Assembly (NCBI GenBank): GCA_965262745.1
Contig: OZ253558.1
Coordinates: 1,623,735 to 1,687,734 of the forward strand
Direction of reading: 5' to 3'
From: Chloroflexota bacterium
GTDB lineage: Bacteria > Chloroflexota > UBA11872
Length of the DNA: 64,000 bases
Every line of letters starts with the position of its first letter. Positions within the stretch are counted from its first letter, which is position 1. The notes under the pieces were generated by a model. The model was not told where the DNA came from, made no database searches, and saw only the letters and a program-made list of their open reading frames with translations. The position numbers and the translations under genes are program-made. Of the stretch, positions 1-10,005 are shown piece by piece.

Positions 1-112
1 TACGTTTGATGATAGCAAAGGCCCTTGGGGGCTTATCCATCTCCGCCGGCTGCTGATCGACGCGGTTGAATATCAGCGATCGGCGGGTCCAGGCGGCTTC
101 GCGGCGTGCGCC

Positions 113-1627
113 CTAGCCTTTGATGACACCCAGCGGCCGCAATCGGGCCACGTTGCGCGAGATGCCGGCACCGTGGGTGATGGCGGTCACGTCGGCCACG
201 TTCTTGTAGGCGTCGGGCGCCTCCTCGCTGAGTAACCGGGGGTTGCGGGCGCGAACGGCAACGCCCATGGCGCCAAGGCGGTCGATCATGTTGACCCCGC
301 GCAGAAGCCGGCGCGCCGCCGAGCGGCTCAGCGCGCGGCCGGCGCCGTGACAGGTGGAGCCGAAGGACTGCTCCATCGCGCCCACGGTGCCAACGGCGAC
401 GAACGACGCCCGCCCCATGTCGCCCGGAATGAGCACCGGTTGACCAACATCCAAGTATTTGCGCGGAAGGTCCGGGTGCCCCGGTGGAAAGGCGCGCGTG
501 GCGCCCTTGCGGTGGACGCACACCCGACGCGGCTGCCCGTCAACAATGTGCTCCTCGATCTTGGCAATGTTGTGCGCCACGTCGTACACCACATCCATTC
601 CGAGATCACGCGCCGATCGACCGAACACGCCCGCGAGGGTCTCCCGCGTCCAGTGGGTGATCGCCTGCCGGTTGGCCCAGGCAAAGTTCGCGCCGCACGC
701 CATGGCCGCCAAGTAGGCCTGCCCTTCCGGCGAGCGCAGTGGGGCACAGGCCAGTTGGCGATCGGGCAATTCGATAGCACGGCTCGCCGGTGCTTGGGCG
801 AACGTCTGCAGGTAGTCCTGACAGATCTGGTGTCCGCAGCCGCGAGATCCCGTGTGCAGGTAGATCACCACGGCTCCCGGGGAGCCGACCCCGAGCGCCT
901 CCGCCGCGGACGCATCGAAGACCTCGTCGACGGCCTGCAACTCGAGAAAGTGATTGCCCGAGCCCAGCGTGCCGAGCTGGCCGGCGCCGCGCTCCTTGGC
1001 ACGCGCCGAAACGGCGCTCGGATCGGCGCCTGGCATCGTCCCGGACTCCTCGGCAACTTCAAGGTCCTCGGGCCAGCCGTATCCCTGGTCGACGGCCCAG
1101 GCCGCACCGCGGCGAAGCACTCGATCCATCGTCTTGTGCGTCAGTCGGATGCGGCCCTTGGTCCCCATGCCGGCCGGCACGGCGCGGAAGAGCGAATCCA
1201 GAACCTCGTCAAGCCGCGGACGAAGGTCCGCCTCCGTAAGGTTCGTGCGGATGAGCCGCACTCCACAGTTGATGTCAAAACCGATGCCGCCGGGCGATAT
1301 CACGCCGTCGCGCACGTCGGTCGCCGCCACGCCGCCGACAGGAAACCCGTAGCCCCAATGCACGTCGGGCATGGCCAGCGCGTGCCCGACGATGCCGGGC
1401 AGGAACGTGACGTTCGCCAGCTGCTCCAGCGGCTTGTCGGACAGGATGCTGGGAAGCATCGACTCGGATGAGTAGATGACCCCAGGCACCCGCATGCCGG
1501 GCTTGTAGCTGGTTGGGATTTGCCAGCGAAACTCGTCGAGGCGCTCGAGCTGCGACGCGTCGGGACCGGCGGCCGGCGGCTGCGCCGCGCGATCACGGGA
1601 ACGCCGCCCGCGGCGTTGGGCGCTCAT
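113..1627 (-). CDS. rtcB: RNA-splicing ligase RtcB
   Basis: 504-aa ORF with RtcB hallmark motifs (MPDVHWGYGFPVGGV, GSGNHFLE, HTGSRG); true start may lie slightly inside the ORF. Confidence 0.9.
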   Translation of the reverse strand: MSAQRRGRRSRDRAAQPPAAGPDASQLERLDEFRWQIPTSYKPGMRVPGVIYSSESMLPSILSDKPLEQLANVTFLPGIVGHALAMPDVHWGYGFPVGGVAATDVRDGVISPGGIGFDINCGVRLIRTNLTEADLRPRLDEVLDSLFRAVPAGMGTKGRIRLTHKTMDRVLRRGAAWAVDQGYGWPEDLEVAEESGTMPGADPSAVSARAKERGAGQLGTLGSGNHFLELQAVDEVFDASAAEALGVGSPGAVVIYLHTGSRGCGHQICQDYLQTFAQAPASRAIELPDRQLACAPLRSPEGQAYLAAMACGANFAWANRQAITHWTRETLAGVFGRSARDLGMDVVYDVAHNIAKIEEHIVDGQPRRVCVHRKGATRAFPPGHPDLPRKYLDVGQPVLIPGDMGRASFVAVGTVGAMEQSFGSTCHGAGRALSRSAARRLLRGVNMIDRLGAMGVAVRARNPRLLSEEAPDAYKNVADVTAITHGAGISRNVARLRPLGVIKG

Positions 1628-1639
1628 CGGGAGCTCACG

Positions 1640-2077
1640 CTAGACATCCAGAATCACACGGACGCGCACGGCGTCGGCTTCGCAGCGCACGGCAACATCG
1701 TGGTAGCTCACGGCCTTCACACCCACCCCCAACTGGTGGCGAGCCTCGTCAAACGTCTCACCCCGAGCAGTGGCGGAAAGCCTACAGGCGTCGGCCACCG
1801 AAATCTCGAAGTCGGCCCACAGCCAGCCGTCAGTGTCAAACATATAGATCAGCTCGCTGAGCCAGGCCACCAGCAACGCGGCGGAATCATCGGCGGCGAC
1901 TTGAAGCATCCGGGTGTCGTGAGGGCACACTGAACCGCCGTCCAGCATGATGGCCTGTAGCCCCAAGCCGGCCTCCGCGAGCGCCTCGCCAAACGTCGCG
2001 CCCCACGCCTCGAGCCCAATGTCCGCCGTATGGTCGAACGTGGCGTATCCATGCGCGCGGCCCGGGTTGCTCGGCAT
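1640..2077 (-). CDS. Archease (RtcB activator)
   Basis: 145-aa ORF with the FDHTADIG archease signature; immediately upstream of rtcB on the same strand with a 12-bp gap. Confidence 0.85.
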   Translation of the reverse strand: MPSNPGRAHGYATFDHTADIGLEAWGATFGEALAEAGLGLQAIMLDGGSVCPHDTRMLQVAADDSAALLVAWLSELIYMFDTDGWLWADFEISVADACRLSATARGETFDEARHQLGVGVKAVSYHDVAVRCEADAVRVRVILDV

Positions 2078-2156
2078 GTCGGCTCCTTCGGCTCAAGCAT
2101 ATGCGAGGTGCCGGGGTTTAGACTTGGCCTGGCAGTACCACGGGCACCCCGGAACA

Positions 2157-3443
2157 GTGACCAGCACCGATACGTTCTTGTCCGTCGATGAGGCACGCGA
2201 GCGCATTCTGGCAGCCGTGGCGCCCCTGCCCCCAACTCTGGTGGGTCTCGCGGAAGCGCACGGGCTGGTCACCGCCGAGAACGTGGCGTCCCGGGTCGAC
2301 GTGCCCGGCTTCGACAACTCGGCATTCGATGGATATGCGCTGCGCGCGGCAGACGTCGCCGGCGCAGGAGCAGATGCCGCCGCATCGCTGCGCGTGATCG
2401 GTGAGGTGGCCGCGGGCCGCCCGGGCGAGGTGCGAATCGAGGCCGGCACCGCGGCGCGGATCATGACGGGGGCGCCCATCCCGCCGGGCGCCGACGCCGT
2501 GCTGCCGTTCGAGGACACGGACGGCGTCGATTGGGCGCGGAGATCCGGGACCGGCAACGGTCAGGTCCGGGTCCTGGAAGCCGCAGAGGTCGGCGAGAAC
2601 ATTCGACGGCGTGGGGGCGACGTTATGGCGGGCGATGTCGTCGCTCCCAAAGGTCGCGTGCTGGACGCGGCCCACATCGGCGTGCTGGCCTCGGTGGACG
2701 TCACCGAGGTTCGCGTCCACCCACGCGCCCGAGTCGCGATACTGCCGACCGGCGATGAGATTGTTGAGGTCGGCGAACCCATTGCGCCGGGACAGGTCCG
2801 CAATAGCAATGCCTGGGGTCTGACCGCGCTTGTTAGGCGCTACGGCGCAATTGCGCAGCGTCTCCCGATCGCTCCCGACACCGAGGCCGGGTTGCGGGCC
2901 GCGATCCGGCACGGCCGGGAAGCTGACCTCCTCGTCACCATCGGCGGCGTTTCAATGGGGGACTACGATCTGGTGCGCAACGTGATCGCGTCGGCCGGCC
3001 GCATGGATTTCTGGCAGATCAACATGCGGCCGGGCAAACCGCTGGCTTTCGGCGAGATCGACGGCACGCCAGTGATCGGCCTTCCCGGGAACCCGGTCTC
3101 GAGCATGGTCTGCTTCGAGCTATTCGTGCGGCCGGCGCTGCTGAAGCTGATGGGGCACACGAGCCTCGAGAATCCTATGGTTCACCCGCGCACCTTGGAA
3201 CCCCTGCGCAGCTCCGCCGGCAAACGCACGTTCGTGCGAGTGAGCGTGCGGCGCGACGGCGGTGAACTCGTCTGCGCGCCCGCTGGCGAGCAAGATTCGT
3301 TCCGCCTCACGTCGATGACCCAGGGCAACGGCCTGGCGGTGGTGCCCGAGGGAGCCGTCATCCAGGCCGGCGAGCCGGTGTCAGTGATCGCCCTGGACGA
3401 GCGCGAGATGCTGCTGCTGCAATCGGACACGCTGATACCATGA
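2157..3443 (+). CDS. moeA: Molybdopterin molybdenumtransferase MoeA
   Basis: MoeA-like sequence (PGFDNSAFDGYALRAADV, GGVSMGDYD). The track ORF starts at 1947 and would overlap archease on the other strand; the in-frame GTG at 2157 or TTG at 2175 is a more plausible start. Confidence 0.8.
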   Translation: MTSTDTFLSVDEARERILAAVAPLPPTLVGLAEAHGLVTAENVASRVDVPGFDNSAFDGYALRAADVAGAGADAAASLRVIGEVAAGRPGEVRIEAGTAARIMTGAPIPPGADAVLPFEDTDGVDWARRSGTGNGQVRVLEAAEVGENIRRRGGDVMAGDVVAPKGRVLDAAHIGVLASVDVTEVRVHPRARVAILPTGDEIVEVGEPIAPGQVRNSNAWGLTALVRRYGAIAQRLPIAPDTEAGLRAAIRHGREADLLVTIGGVSMGDYDLVRNVIASAGRMDFWQINMRPGKPLAFGEIDGTPVIGLPGNPVSSMVCFELFVRPALLKLMGHTSLENPMVHPRTLEPLRSSAGKRTFVRVSVRRDGGELVCAPAGEQDSFRLTSMTQGNGLAVVPEGAVIQAGEPVSVIALDEREMLLLQSDTLIP

Positions 3444-3452
3444 CAGGCCCAC

Positions 3453-3529
3453 GGGCGCGTAGCTCAGCTGGTCAGAGCGCGCGGTTCACATCCGCGAGGC
3501 CATAGGTTCGAGTCCTATCGCGCCCACCA
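3453..3529 (+). tRNA. tRNA-Val (anticodon CAC)
   Basis: Cloverleaf built by hand: acceptor GGGCGCG/CGCGCCC, D-arm GCTC..GAGC, anticodon loop TTCACAT, T-arm AGGTTCGAGTCCT, CCA encoded. Confidence 0.9.
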
Positions 3530-3600
3530 AGATCGTTTCTGCCACTCCGGGCGTCGCGGGGAGTCGAGGACCCTTCCGAAGTGACCGGCAGAGTCTGGAC

Positions 3601-4812
3601 TCCCGCGTGCGGAGACCTTTGCGTAATTCCAGGGCCGGGGCGGAAAATCGTGCGTTGCCGTCCTGACGATTGGGGAGTGGTCGAATGCACCGCGATATGG
3701 GCCAGCCGTCGCTGGCGGAAGTGTTGGTGTCGGAGACCCTCGGCCAGAACCAGCGGCTGGAGCGAATCGCCGCCGCGGTGGACTGGGACCGGCTCGGTCA
3801 AGTGGTGGCCGGCGTGCACGCGGCACCGCGCGGGCGGCCCAGTTATCCGCCGCTGTTGATGGTCAAGGTGCTGCTGCTCCAGCAGTGGTACACGCTCTCG
3901 GATCCCCAGTTGGAAGAGGCGCTCGGCGACCGGCTCTCCTTCCGGCGCTTTGTGGGACTGGGGCTGCAAGACGACACGCCCGACCACTCGACCATCAGCC
4001 GCTTTCGGGCCGCATTGGAGGTCCAAGAGCTCAGCGCGCCGTTGTTCACGGAGGTGGCGGCCCAACTGGACGCGCAGGGCTTGGTGCTGAAGCAGGGCAC
4101 GCTGTTGGACGCCACGCTGGTGGCGGCCCAGGTGCGCCGCCCGCCGCTGGCGGCGGGGCGCGGCGCGCGGAGTGCCACCGACCCGGAGGCGGCCTGGACG
4201 CAGACGGGGCGGGGCGGCCGGTCGCACTTCGGCTACAAGGTGCATCTGGGGGTGGATGCCGACACGGGGGTGGTGCGGCGGGCGGCGTTGACCCCCGCCA
4301 ACGTCTACGAGAGCGAGGTGGCCGACGCGTTGGTGAGCGGGGACGAGCAGGCGATCTATGGCGACCGGGCGTATGAATCCAACCGCCGGCGCCAGTGGCT
4401 GCGGGCCCAGGGGATCAACGACCGGATCATGCACCGCTCCCACAAGCATCAGCGGGCCCTCCCCTACTGGCAGCAGCGGCGCAACGCCCTCATCGCGCCC
4501 CGCCGGGCGTTGGTGGAGAAGGTCTTCGGCACGCTCAAGCGCAGCTATGGCTACCAGCGGGTCCGCTACCGCGGCCTGGGGCGCAACGCCGTGGAGCTGT
4601 GGTTCAAGCTCATGGCCTACAACCTGCGCAAAGCGGACACCTTGGCCTGGGGCGCCGCCTGACCCCGGGCGCGGTGCGCCTCGGGCTGGCGTGATCTCCG
4701 CCCCAGCGCGGCGGCGGAGGCGCGCTGGGGCAACTGCGCCAGCTCCCGCGCCCCGTCGGCAGCCCTCCCCACGGGCCATCCCCCAATTATTCAAAGGTCT
4801 CCGCAAGCGGGA
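3601..4812 (+). mobile_element. IS5-family insertion sequence (about 1.2 kb) with imperfect terminal inverted repeats
   Basis: Left end GCGGAGACCTTTGCGTAATT (from 3609) is the reverse complement of the right end AATTATTCAAAGGTCTCCGC (to 4804); a single DDE transposase ORF lies inside; it sits 72 bp after tRNA-Val. Confidence 0.75.
3670..4662 (+). CDS. IS5/IS4-family DDE transposase
   Basis: 330-aa ORF typical of IS5-family transposases (N-terminal DNA-binding region, C-terminal ...AYNLRK tail); the 444-aa antisense ORF over it is a GC artefact. Confidence 0.85.
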   Translation: MGSGRMHRDMGQPSLAEVLVSETLGQNQRLERIAAAVDWDRLGQVVAGVHAAPRGRPSYPPLLMVKVLLLQQWYTLSDPQLEEALGDRLSFRRFVGLGLQDDTPDHSTISRFRAALEVQELSAPLFTEVAAQLDAQGLVLKQGTLLDATLVAAQVRRPPLAAGRGARSATDPEAAWTQTGRGGRSHFGYKVHLGVDADTGVVRRAALTPANVYESEVADALVSGDEQAIYGDRAYESNRRRQWLRAQGINDRIMHRSHKHQRALPYWQQRRNALIAPRRALVEKVFGTLKRSYGYQRVRYRGLGRNAVELWFKLMAYNLRKADTLAWGAA

Positions 4813-5034
4813 ACATTCGGGCGACGAACCGAGCGTCGCGACTCGTTGTCAGTTCGCTGGTAGCCGTGCCGATCCCGGCGCCGGTGTAGCAACATTGCTT
4901 GCTCGCGCTGCCGGCCCGGAAATGGCAGTTTTCCGAACCCGGCGCTTCCATATAACAGTGAGGGTTAGAAGTTGACCCAATCCCTCGCCCGAATCAGTGC
5001 GCGAAGGCCATGGACAACTATCGGCGTATAGGGT

Positions 5035-5773
5035 GTGCTGGTGGTGGTCGCCCTCGCACTCGTTCAGAATCTCTTGGCCAGCGCCACCACGACCGACTTC
5101 CGGCTGGCCGACCAATACGAATCCGAACGCGCAGCCGCCTTGCTCGAAGAGAGGTTGCGCGGCGCATCTGGGCTACGCCCTTTCCACTTTTTCAGCAAGG
5201 TTGCTGAAACACATGAAGACCTTGGGCGCCGGCTTCAATGACGAAGAGCGCGAGAGTTTCATGGCGGTCTGGCGCTATTCCGGTCACCTGATGGGCATCC
5301 CCGAGACGATCCTGTTTCGTGATGAAGAGGAAGCCCTGAAGCTCTATGAGATTGGCATCATGTGCGAGCCGGATGCTCCGATCGAATCGGTGGTGATGGC
5401 CCACTCCCTGGTAAACGCAGCTCCGTTGATTGCCGGCATGACGAGTCCGGAAGACCGTCAGAAATTAGCGAAATACGTGTACCGTATTTCCCGCGGACTT
5501 CTCGGCAGAGGCACTTGCCAACAACTCACTTGCCAACAACTAATGTATCCCGCGCATTCATCCTTTGGAGCGGTCGCGTGGTTTAGATTCCAGCAGCGTT
5601 ACGGTCACATTACTGGCAAGCTGCTTCCATTGCTCAGAATTCTTCCGGTAAATACAGGGGATAGTAACTACACTAGGTTTACATCTTTGCTCGAGACTTC
5701 AGTGTACGACGAGGAAGGAATCCACTACAAACTGCCCGACCACGTCTACGCGGAGGAGTCCTCCAAGTGGTGA
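5035..5773 (+). pseudogene. MpaB-family (DUF2236) oxygenase-like gene remnant, frameshifted
   Basis: Two overlapping frames (5035-5241 and about 5213-5773) together resemble an MpaB-type oxygenase; GC is markedly lower than the surroundings; it lies directly downstream of the IS. Confidence 0.3.
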
Positions 5774-5964
5774 GAATGTAGTCCCGTCTGCTGGGACCGA
5801 TATCGCCTTCGACATCAAGCAGCCTCAGGGAGCCCCGATAGCCAGACTCCCAGAGGACGTGCAGAACAGCATCCGAGAGTGGATCGCATCGGCCGAAGGT
5901 CGCGCAGTTCGGCAAGCGCGCGCATAACTACCATCCGGTGCGTCGCCCTAGCGGTCGCAGGGCA

Positions 5965-6351
5965 TTAGAAGTCCCCGAAGGGCCTCACCTTTTCCTCAAG
6001 CCACGCACGCAGCTGAGCGAACCGGAACGAGTTGGTGGCGAATAACTGCATGAAGTACCCGTACGCTTCAGGGTTATCGCACTCAATGAAACGGCCGTTT
6101 AGGCGCAGGAAGGCGTCGGTGGCGAAAAAGGCAGCCCGCTTGTTGCCGTCCACGAAGGGGTGATTCATGGCCAGGCTCTCCAAGAGCGCGGCGGCTTCAT
6201 CGAGGAGACCGTCGTAGTAGCCGAGCTGCGGGCGCATGATGCCGGACTCGAGCGCGCCGGCGTCGCGCAAACCGGCGCCACCGCCGAACTCGGCGACCTG
6301 GGCATCGTGGATGGCTACGACTTCCTCAAGCGTGGGGAAGTCGTGCGTCAT
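5965..6351 (-). CDS. doc: Doc (death-on-curing) Fic-family toxin
   Basis: 128-aa ORF with the Fic/Doc motif HPFVDGNKR. Confidence 0.85.
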   Translation of the reverse strand: MTHDFPTLEEVVAIHDAQVAEFGGGAGLRDAGALESGIMRPQLGYYDGLLDEAAALLESLAMNHPFVDGNKRAAFFATDAFLRLNGRFIECDNPEAYGYFMQLFATNSFRFAQLRAWLEEKVRPFGDF

Positions 6352-6578
6352 TGCGCCAACAGTTCAGCCAGAAGCCGGTTTTTTTCGACGCTCGCCCGAT
6401 AGTGCGCCATAACCTCGGGGCGAACCTTTTGCCGCGCCCGGCTTTCGATGTAGTGGCCCATGGCGTCTTCCAGCACCGCCTGAAAATGGCGGCCGTCGTT
6501 GCGGGCGATCTGGCGCATCGCCGTCAACAGCTCTGGGTCGGCCTGGCTGGAAAACTTCACACGCGGCGTAGCCATCAC
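6348..6578 (-). CDS. Ribbon-helix-helix (Phd-like) antitoxin partner of Doc
   Basis: 76-aa ORF directly upstream of doc with a 4-bp ATGA start/stop overlap; beta-strand-plus-helices pattern typical of CopG/RHH antitoxins. Confidence 0.6.
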   Translation of the reverse strand: MMATPRVKFSSQADPELLTAMRQIARNDGRHFQAVLEDAMGHYIESRARQKVRPEVMAHYRASVEKNRLLAELLAQ

Positions 6579-6767
6579 TCAACCTCCTTGCCCACTGCCT
6601 TGACCATGCATCAATGCAGAGATGGGGTCAAGAAGCAGCTTGACAGAGATGGCCAAAGCGCGAACAAGCCGCCATCGCCAGCATGATGGGCAGTTCGCGA
6701 ACCGCCCCAACACGAGGGCACTGACCCCGCGGCACGAAAGCGTATCGCGGGCGACGCTCGCTTAGAC

Positions 6768-7178
6768 TTGCGCATGACCGCCTCACTTGCCGTAGCCCTG
6801 GTCAGCGGCATCGCCGCCGGCCTCGTTGTCGGCATCGGCGTGGCTTGGATGGCCCCGCGGTTGCGTCGTGCCCACAAGACTTCCGCGGATGCCTCAGGCT
6901 CCAGCGAGGCGCGGCTCGCGCGAGATTTCACCGTGCTGGCGGAGCTGCTGGCGGAACGTCTGGCCAAGATCTGGCTGGCCGACACCCCCGGGGCACCTGC
7001 GGCGGACGGCGATGCGCTCTATCACCACGTGCTGGAATCCACCACGACGATCGTGCGCCAAGCCGGGGCGTCGCCGAAGGCGGCAGCCGCCGTGGGCGCG
7101 CTCACCGCCAAGCGGGTGCGGCCGGGCCCGATTCGCGGCCGGCGCGACGACGGGTCCCCGGTGGGACCCCCCAGTTAG
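6768..7178 (+). CDS. Hypothetical membrane-anchored protein
   Basis: 136-aa ORF with an N-terminal hydrophobic helix; no recognisable domain. Confidence 0.3.
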   Translation: MRMTASLAVALVSGIAAGLVVGIGVAWMAPRLRRAHKTSADASGSSEARLARDFTVLAELLAERLAKIWLADTPGAPAADGDALYHHVLESTTTIVRQAGASPKAAAAVGALTAKRVRPGPIRGRRDDGSPVGPPS

Positions 7179-7187
7179 GAGCGCCGC

Positions 7188-8114
7188 CTAAGCCGGAACA
7201 GCCGTCCGAGCGAACTCCGGCAGATAGGACTTGAGCAGAGAAAAGGCGGCGTCGATCTGCGCGTCGTCATGGGATGTCTTGGGCGGTGCGACCCAGCGCT
7301 CCATGACCCCCACGCGGCTCAGCAGACCCTTGGCGGTGGCGTGGCCGAAGCCGGGCTGTGCCAGGAACAGCTCCAGGAATTCATTGTTGCGGTTTTGGGC
7401 GGCCGCCGCGGCCTCCAGGTCGCCCGTCCGCCACGCCTCGTAAATGTCCAGATTCAGCTGCGGCGCCATGTTCGGCGTCATGCCCGTGGTGGCCGACGCG
7501 CCGGAGATGAGAGCGTGAAGGAACGTCACGTCGCCGCCGACGACGACCCGAAATTCAGGACCGCCGCGCGTGGCGGCCAGATAGCTCATCACGTTCGCCA
7601 CGGAGCCTGAGCTGTCCTTGGTGCCTTGTACACCGACGTCGCGCAGCCGCAGAAGCGTCGCCGGCTCGGTGGCGACCTTGGTCATGCGTGGGATGTTGTA
7701 GAGCAGCACAGGGACGGGCGACGCGCGAACCACGCCCTCGAAATGCAGGACAAGCTCGTCCTGGGTCATCGGAAAGTAGAACGGCGGGTTCACGAGCGTG
7801 CCGTCCGCGCCCAGCTCCCCGGCCGCGCGGAGCTGCTCGTGGGTGCGGGTCACGTTGGGCTGCCCACACGCCACAATCACCGGCACGACACCGTCGACCT
7901 CATTTACGGCTGCCCGAATGACGACCTCGCGATCCACATCGTCGATGGAGGCGAACTCGCCCGTCGTTCCAAGCACCACGATCCCGTGGCAGCCAGCATC
8001 GACGACGCGCCGAATGAGACGCCGCAGCGCGGCTTCGTCCACGGAGAAGTCGGCGTGGAGCGGCGTGAGCAGCGCGGGTATCACGCCGTGGATGCGGGAC
8101 TGAAACGTCGTCAT
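7188..8114 (-). CDS. Dihydrodipicolinate synthase family protein (DapA/NAL-type aldolase)
   Basis: GTTGEFASI motif and class I aldolase fold; start taken at MTTFQ rather than the longer track ORF. Confidence 0.8.
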   Translation of the reverse strand: MTTFQSRIHGVIPALLTPLHADFSVDEAALRRLIRRVVDAGCHGIVVLGTTGEFASIDDVDREVVIRAAVNEVDGVVPVIVACGQPNVTRTHEQLRAAGELGADGTLVNPPFYFPMTQDELVLHFEGVVRASPVPVLLYNIPRMTKVATEPATLLRLRDVGVQGTKDSSGSVANVMSYLAATRGGPEFRVVVGGDVTFLHALISGASATTGMTPNMAPQLNLDIYEAWRTGDLEAAAAAQNRNNEFLELFLAQPGFGHATAKGLLSRVGVMERWVAPPKTSHDDAQIDAAFSLLKSYLPEFARTAVPA

Positions 8115-8236
8115 GAGGAGTCCAAGCGCTGATGCAGGCCGGCAGCGACCGAGTATAGGCGCCGCTCCACGCGCACGATGCCCCAGAATGGCATCATCGC
8201 CGCGGCGAGACGGCAGGCAGCGAGGAGTTGCGTCCA

Positions 8237-9181
8237 ATGGAATACGTGAACATGGGTCGTTCGGGGCTCAAGGTGTCCCGGATCGCGCTCGGATGCGGGT
8301 TCCGCGGGATGACGGACCAAGACGCGATGGAGCGTGTGATCACGCATGCCATCGACCGAGGCATCAACTTCATCGACTGCGCGAACACCTACGTCGGCGG
8401 AGTCGGGGAGCAGGTGCTGGGGCGCGTATTGGCGCGGAATCGCGACGATCTGGTCATCACCACCAAAGTGACGTCGATCGTCGCGGAGGGACCAAACGAC
8501 ATCGGCAGCTCGCGCTACCACATCATGCGTGAGATCGACCGCAGCCTGCGCCGGCTCCAGACCGACCATGTGGACATCTACATCGTCCACTGGCGCGATC
8601 ACACGACGCCACTGGAAGAGACAGTTCGAGCGATGACCGACGTTGTGGCCAGCGGCAAGGCCCGGTATTGGGGTGTCTCCAGCTATCAGGCGTGGGAGGC
8701 GTGCCAGGCGCTCTGGATTGCCGACCGGGCGGTTGCGCCCGGATTCATCACCACGCAGAACCAGTACAGCCTGCTGCACCGCGACCTTGAGCAGGAGATT
8801 TTCCCCTTCTGCGCCGAATTCGGCATCGGCGTGATGGCGTTCTCACCGCTTGCCGTCGGCGTGCTCAGCGGTGACCTGCAGCAGGGCCAGCCACCCCCTG
8901 CCGGCACGCTGTGGGCGCGGCAACCACCAGGGGATCTTCAAACGATCATCACCGACCGAGCGCAGCGGGTCATCGACGCCCTGCGCGAGATCGGCGCTGC
9001 CCGCGAGCGACATCCCACATCCGTTGCGATCCAGTGGGTGCTCTCCCATCCCGAAGTCAGCACCGCCATCGCCGGCCCGGATACCACCGAGCAACTCGAC
9101 CCGTACGTGGACGCCGTTGGCTGGGAATTGACCGCCGACGAGCGTTCGCGGCTCGACGAGGCCTCGGGCCCCGCGGACTAG
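8237..9181 (+). CDS. Aldo/keto reductase
   Basis: AKR family sequence (MEYVNMGRSGLKVS.. start, IDCANTY, HWRD motifs). Confidence 0.85.
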   Translation: MEYVNMGRSGLKVSRIALGCGFRGMTDQDAMERVITHAIDRGINFIDCANTYVGGVGEQVLGRVLARNRDDLVITTKVTSIVAEGPNDIGSSRYHIMREIDRSLRRLQTDHVDIYIVHWRDHTTPLEETVRAMTDVVASGKARYWGVSSYQAWEACQALWIADRAVAPGFITTQNQYSLLHRDLEQEIFPFCAEFGIGVMAFSPLAVGVLSGDLQQGQPPPAGTLWARQPPGDLQTIITDRAQRVIDALREIGAARERHPTSVAIQWVLSHPEVSTAIAGPDTTEQLDPYVDAVGWELTADERSRLDEASGPAD

Positions 9182-9951
9182 ATATTCGAGCGGGACTGCC
9201 CGCCGTCCACGTTGATGCAGGCGCCGGTGACGAGGCTGGCCTGTTCCGAGGCCAGGAATGTCGCCACGGCGGCCACCTCCTCGGGACGGCCAAACCGGCC
9301 CATGGGCATATCGCGCTCGACGAACGCCGCGATGCCCTGGGGATCGCGGCGCTGTCGCCGCTCCCAGCCGCCGCCGGGAAACAGAATCGAGCCCGGCGCC
9401 ACGGCGTTGACCGTGATGCCAAAGGGCGCCAGCTCGTGCGCCATCGACGTTGCCAGACTATTCATCGCCGACTTGGCGGCGTTGTAGGCCGGTGGGCCGC
9501 CGCCCTCGCGGCCGTAGATGGACGTGATATGCACGATGCGGCCCCAGCCGCCGGCTTTCATGAGCGGCACCGCCGCACGGCTGGCCCGCACGGCCGCCCA
9601 TAGATTCAGGTCGAGCGTTGTGGACCAATGCTCGTCGGTGCCCGTCATGAAGCCGGTGTCGCCAGCCGAGCCGCCGACGTTGTTCACCAGCACGTGAATG
9701 CCCCCGAGCTCGGCCACCGTGCGCGCGACCGCCTGTGCCGGCGCGGCGACGTCGCGAATGTCGAGCTGGAGCGAGAACGCGCGAACACCGAGCGCCGAAA
9801 TCTCGTCGGCGGTGCGTTGCAGGTCCTCCACGCCTCGAGCCACAATCGCCACGTCACAACCCTCGGCAGCAAGCCCGAGGGCAATCGCCCGGCCGATACC
9901 ACGGCTCCCACCGGTCACGAGCGCGATTCGATCACGCAGGCCAACGTCCAT
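9178..9951 (-). CDS. SDR-family oxidoreductase (FabG-like)
   Basis: TGGSRGIGRAIA Rossmann motif, NNVG and the YxxxK catalytic pattern. Confidence 0.85.
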   Translation of the reverse strand: MDVGLRDRIALVTGGSRGIGRAIALGLAAEGCDVAIVARGVEDLQRTADEISALGVRAFSLQLDIRDVAAPAQAVARTVAELGGIHVLVNNVGGSAGDTGFMTGTDEHWSTTLDLNLWAAVRASRAAVPLMKAGGWGRIVHITSIYGREGGGPPAYNAAKSAMNSLATSMAHELAPFGITVNAVAPGSILFPGGGWERRQRRDPQGIAAFVERDMPMGRFGRPEEVAAVATFLASEQASLVTGACINVDGGQSRSNI

Positions 9952-10005
9952 CGGTGCACCCTGTTTCTACGCGGCGTTCGGCAACCCAAGCCCCCCACGT
10001 CCAGC

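Noticed and set aside
1947-2156. Upstream part of the track ORF for moeA
   Set aside because: It would overlap the archease gene on the opposite strand by more than 100 bp and has no MoeA-like sequence; the likely start is the GTG at 2157 or TTG at 2175
3472-4806. 444-aa ORF antisense to the IS5 transposase, and other long antisense ORFs (e.g. 17118-18308, 18705-19661, 19838-21169, 22000-22896, 25822-27051, 9628-10734, 33528-34577, 37685-38674, 43189-44802, 62502-63842)
   Set aside because: All overlap well-supported genes on the opposite strand, are Arg/Ala/Gly/Pro-rich with no recognisable motifs, and are the expected stop-codon-poor artefacts of about 68% GC DNA
5514-5543. Direct repeat cttgccaacaact x2
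   Set aside because: A short tandem duplication inside the decayed MpaB-like pseudogene; no evidence of function
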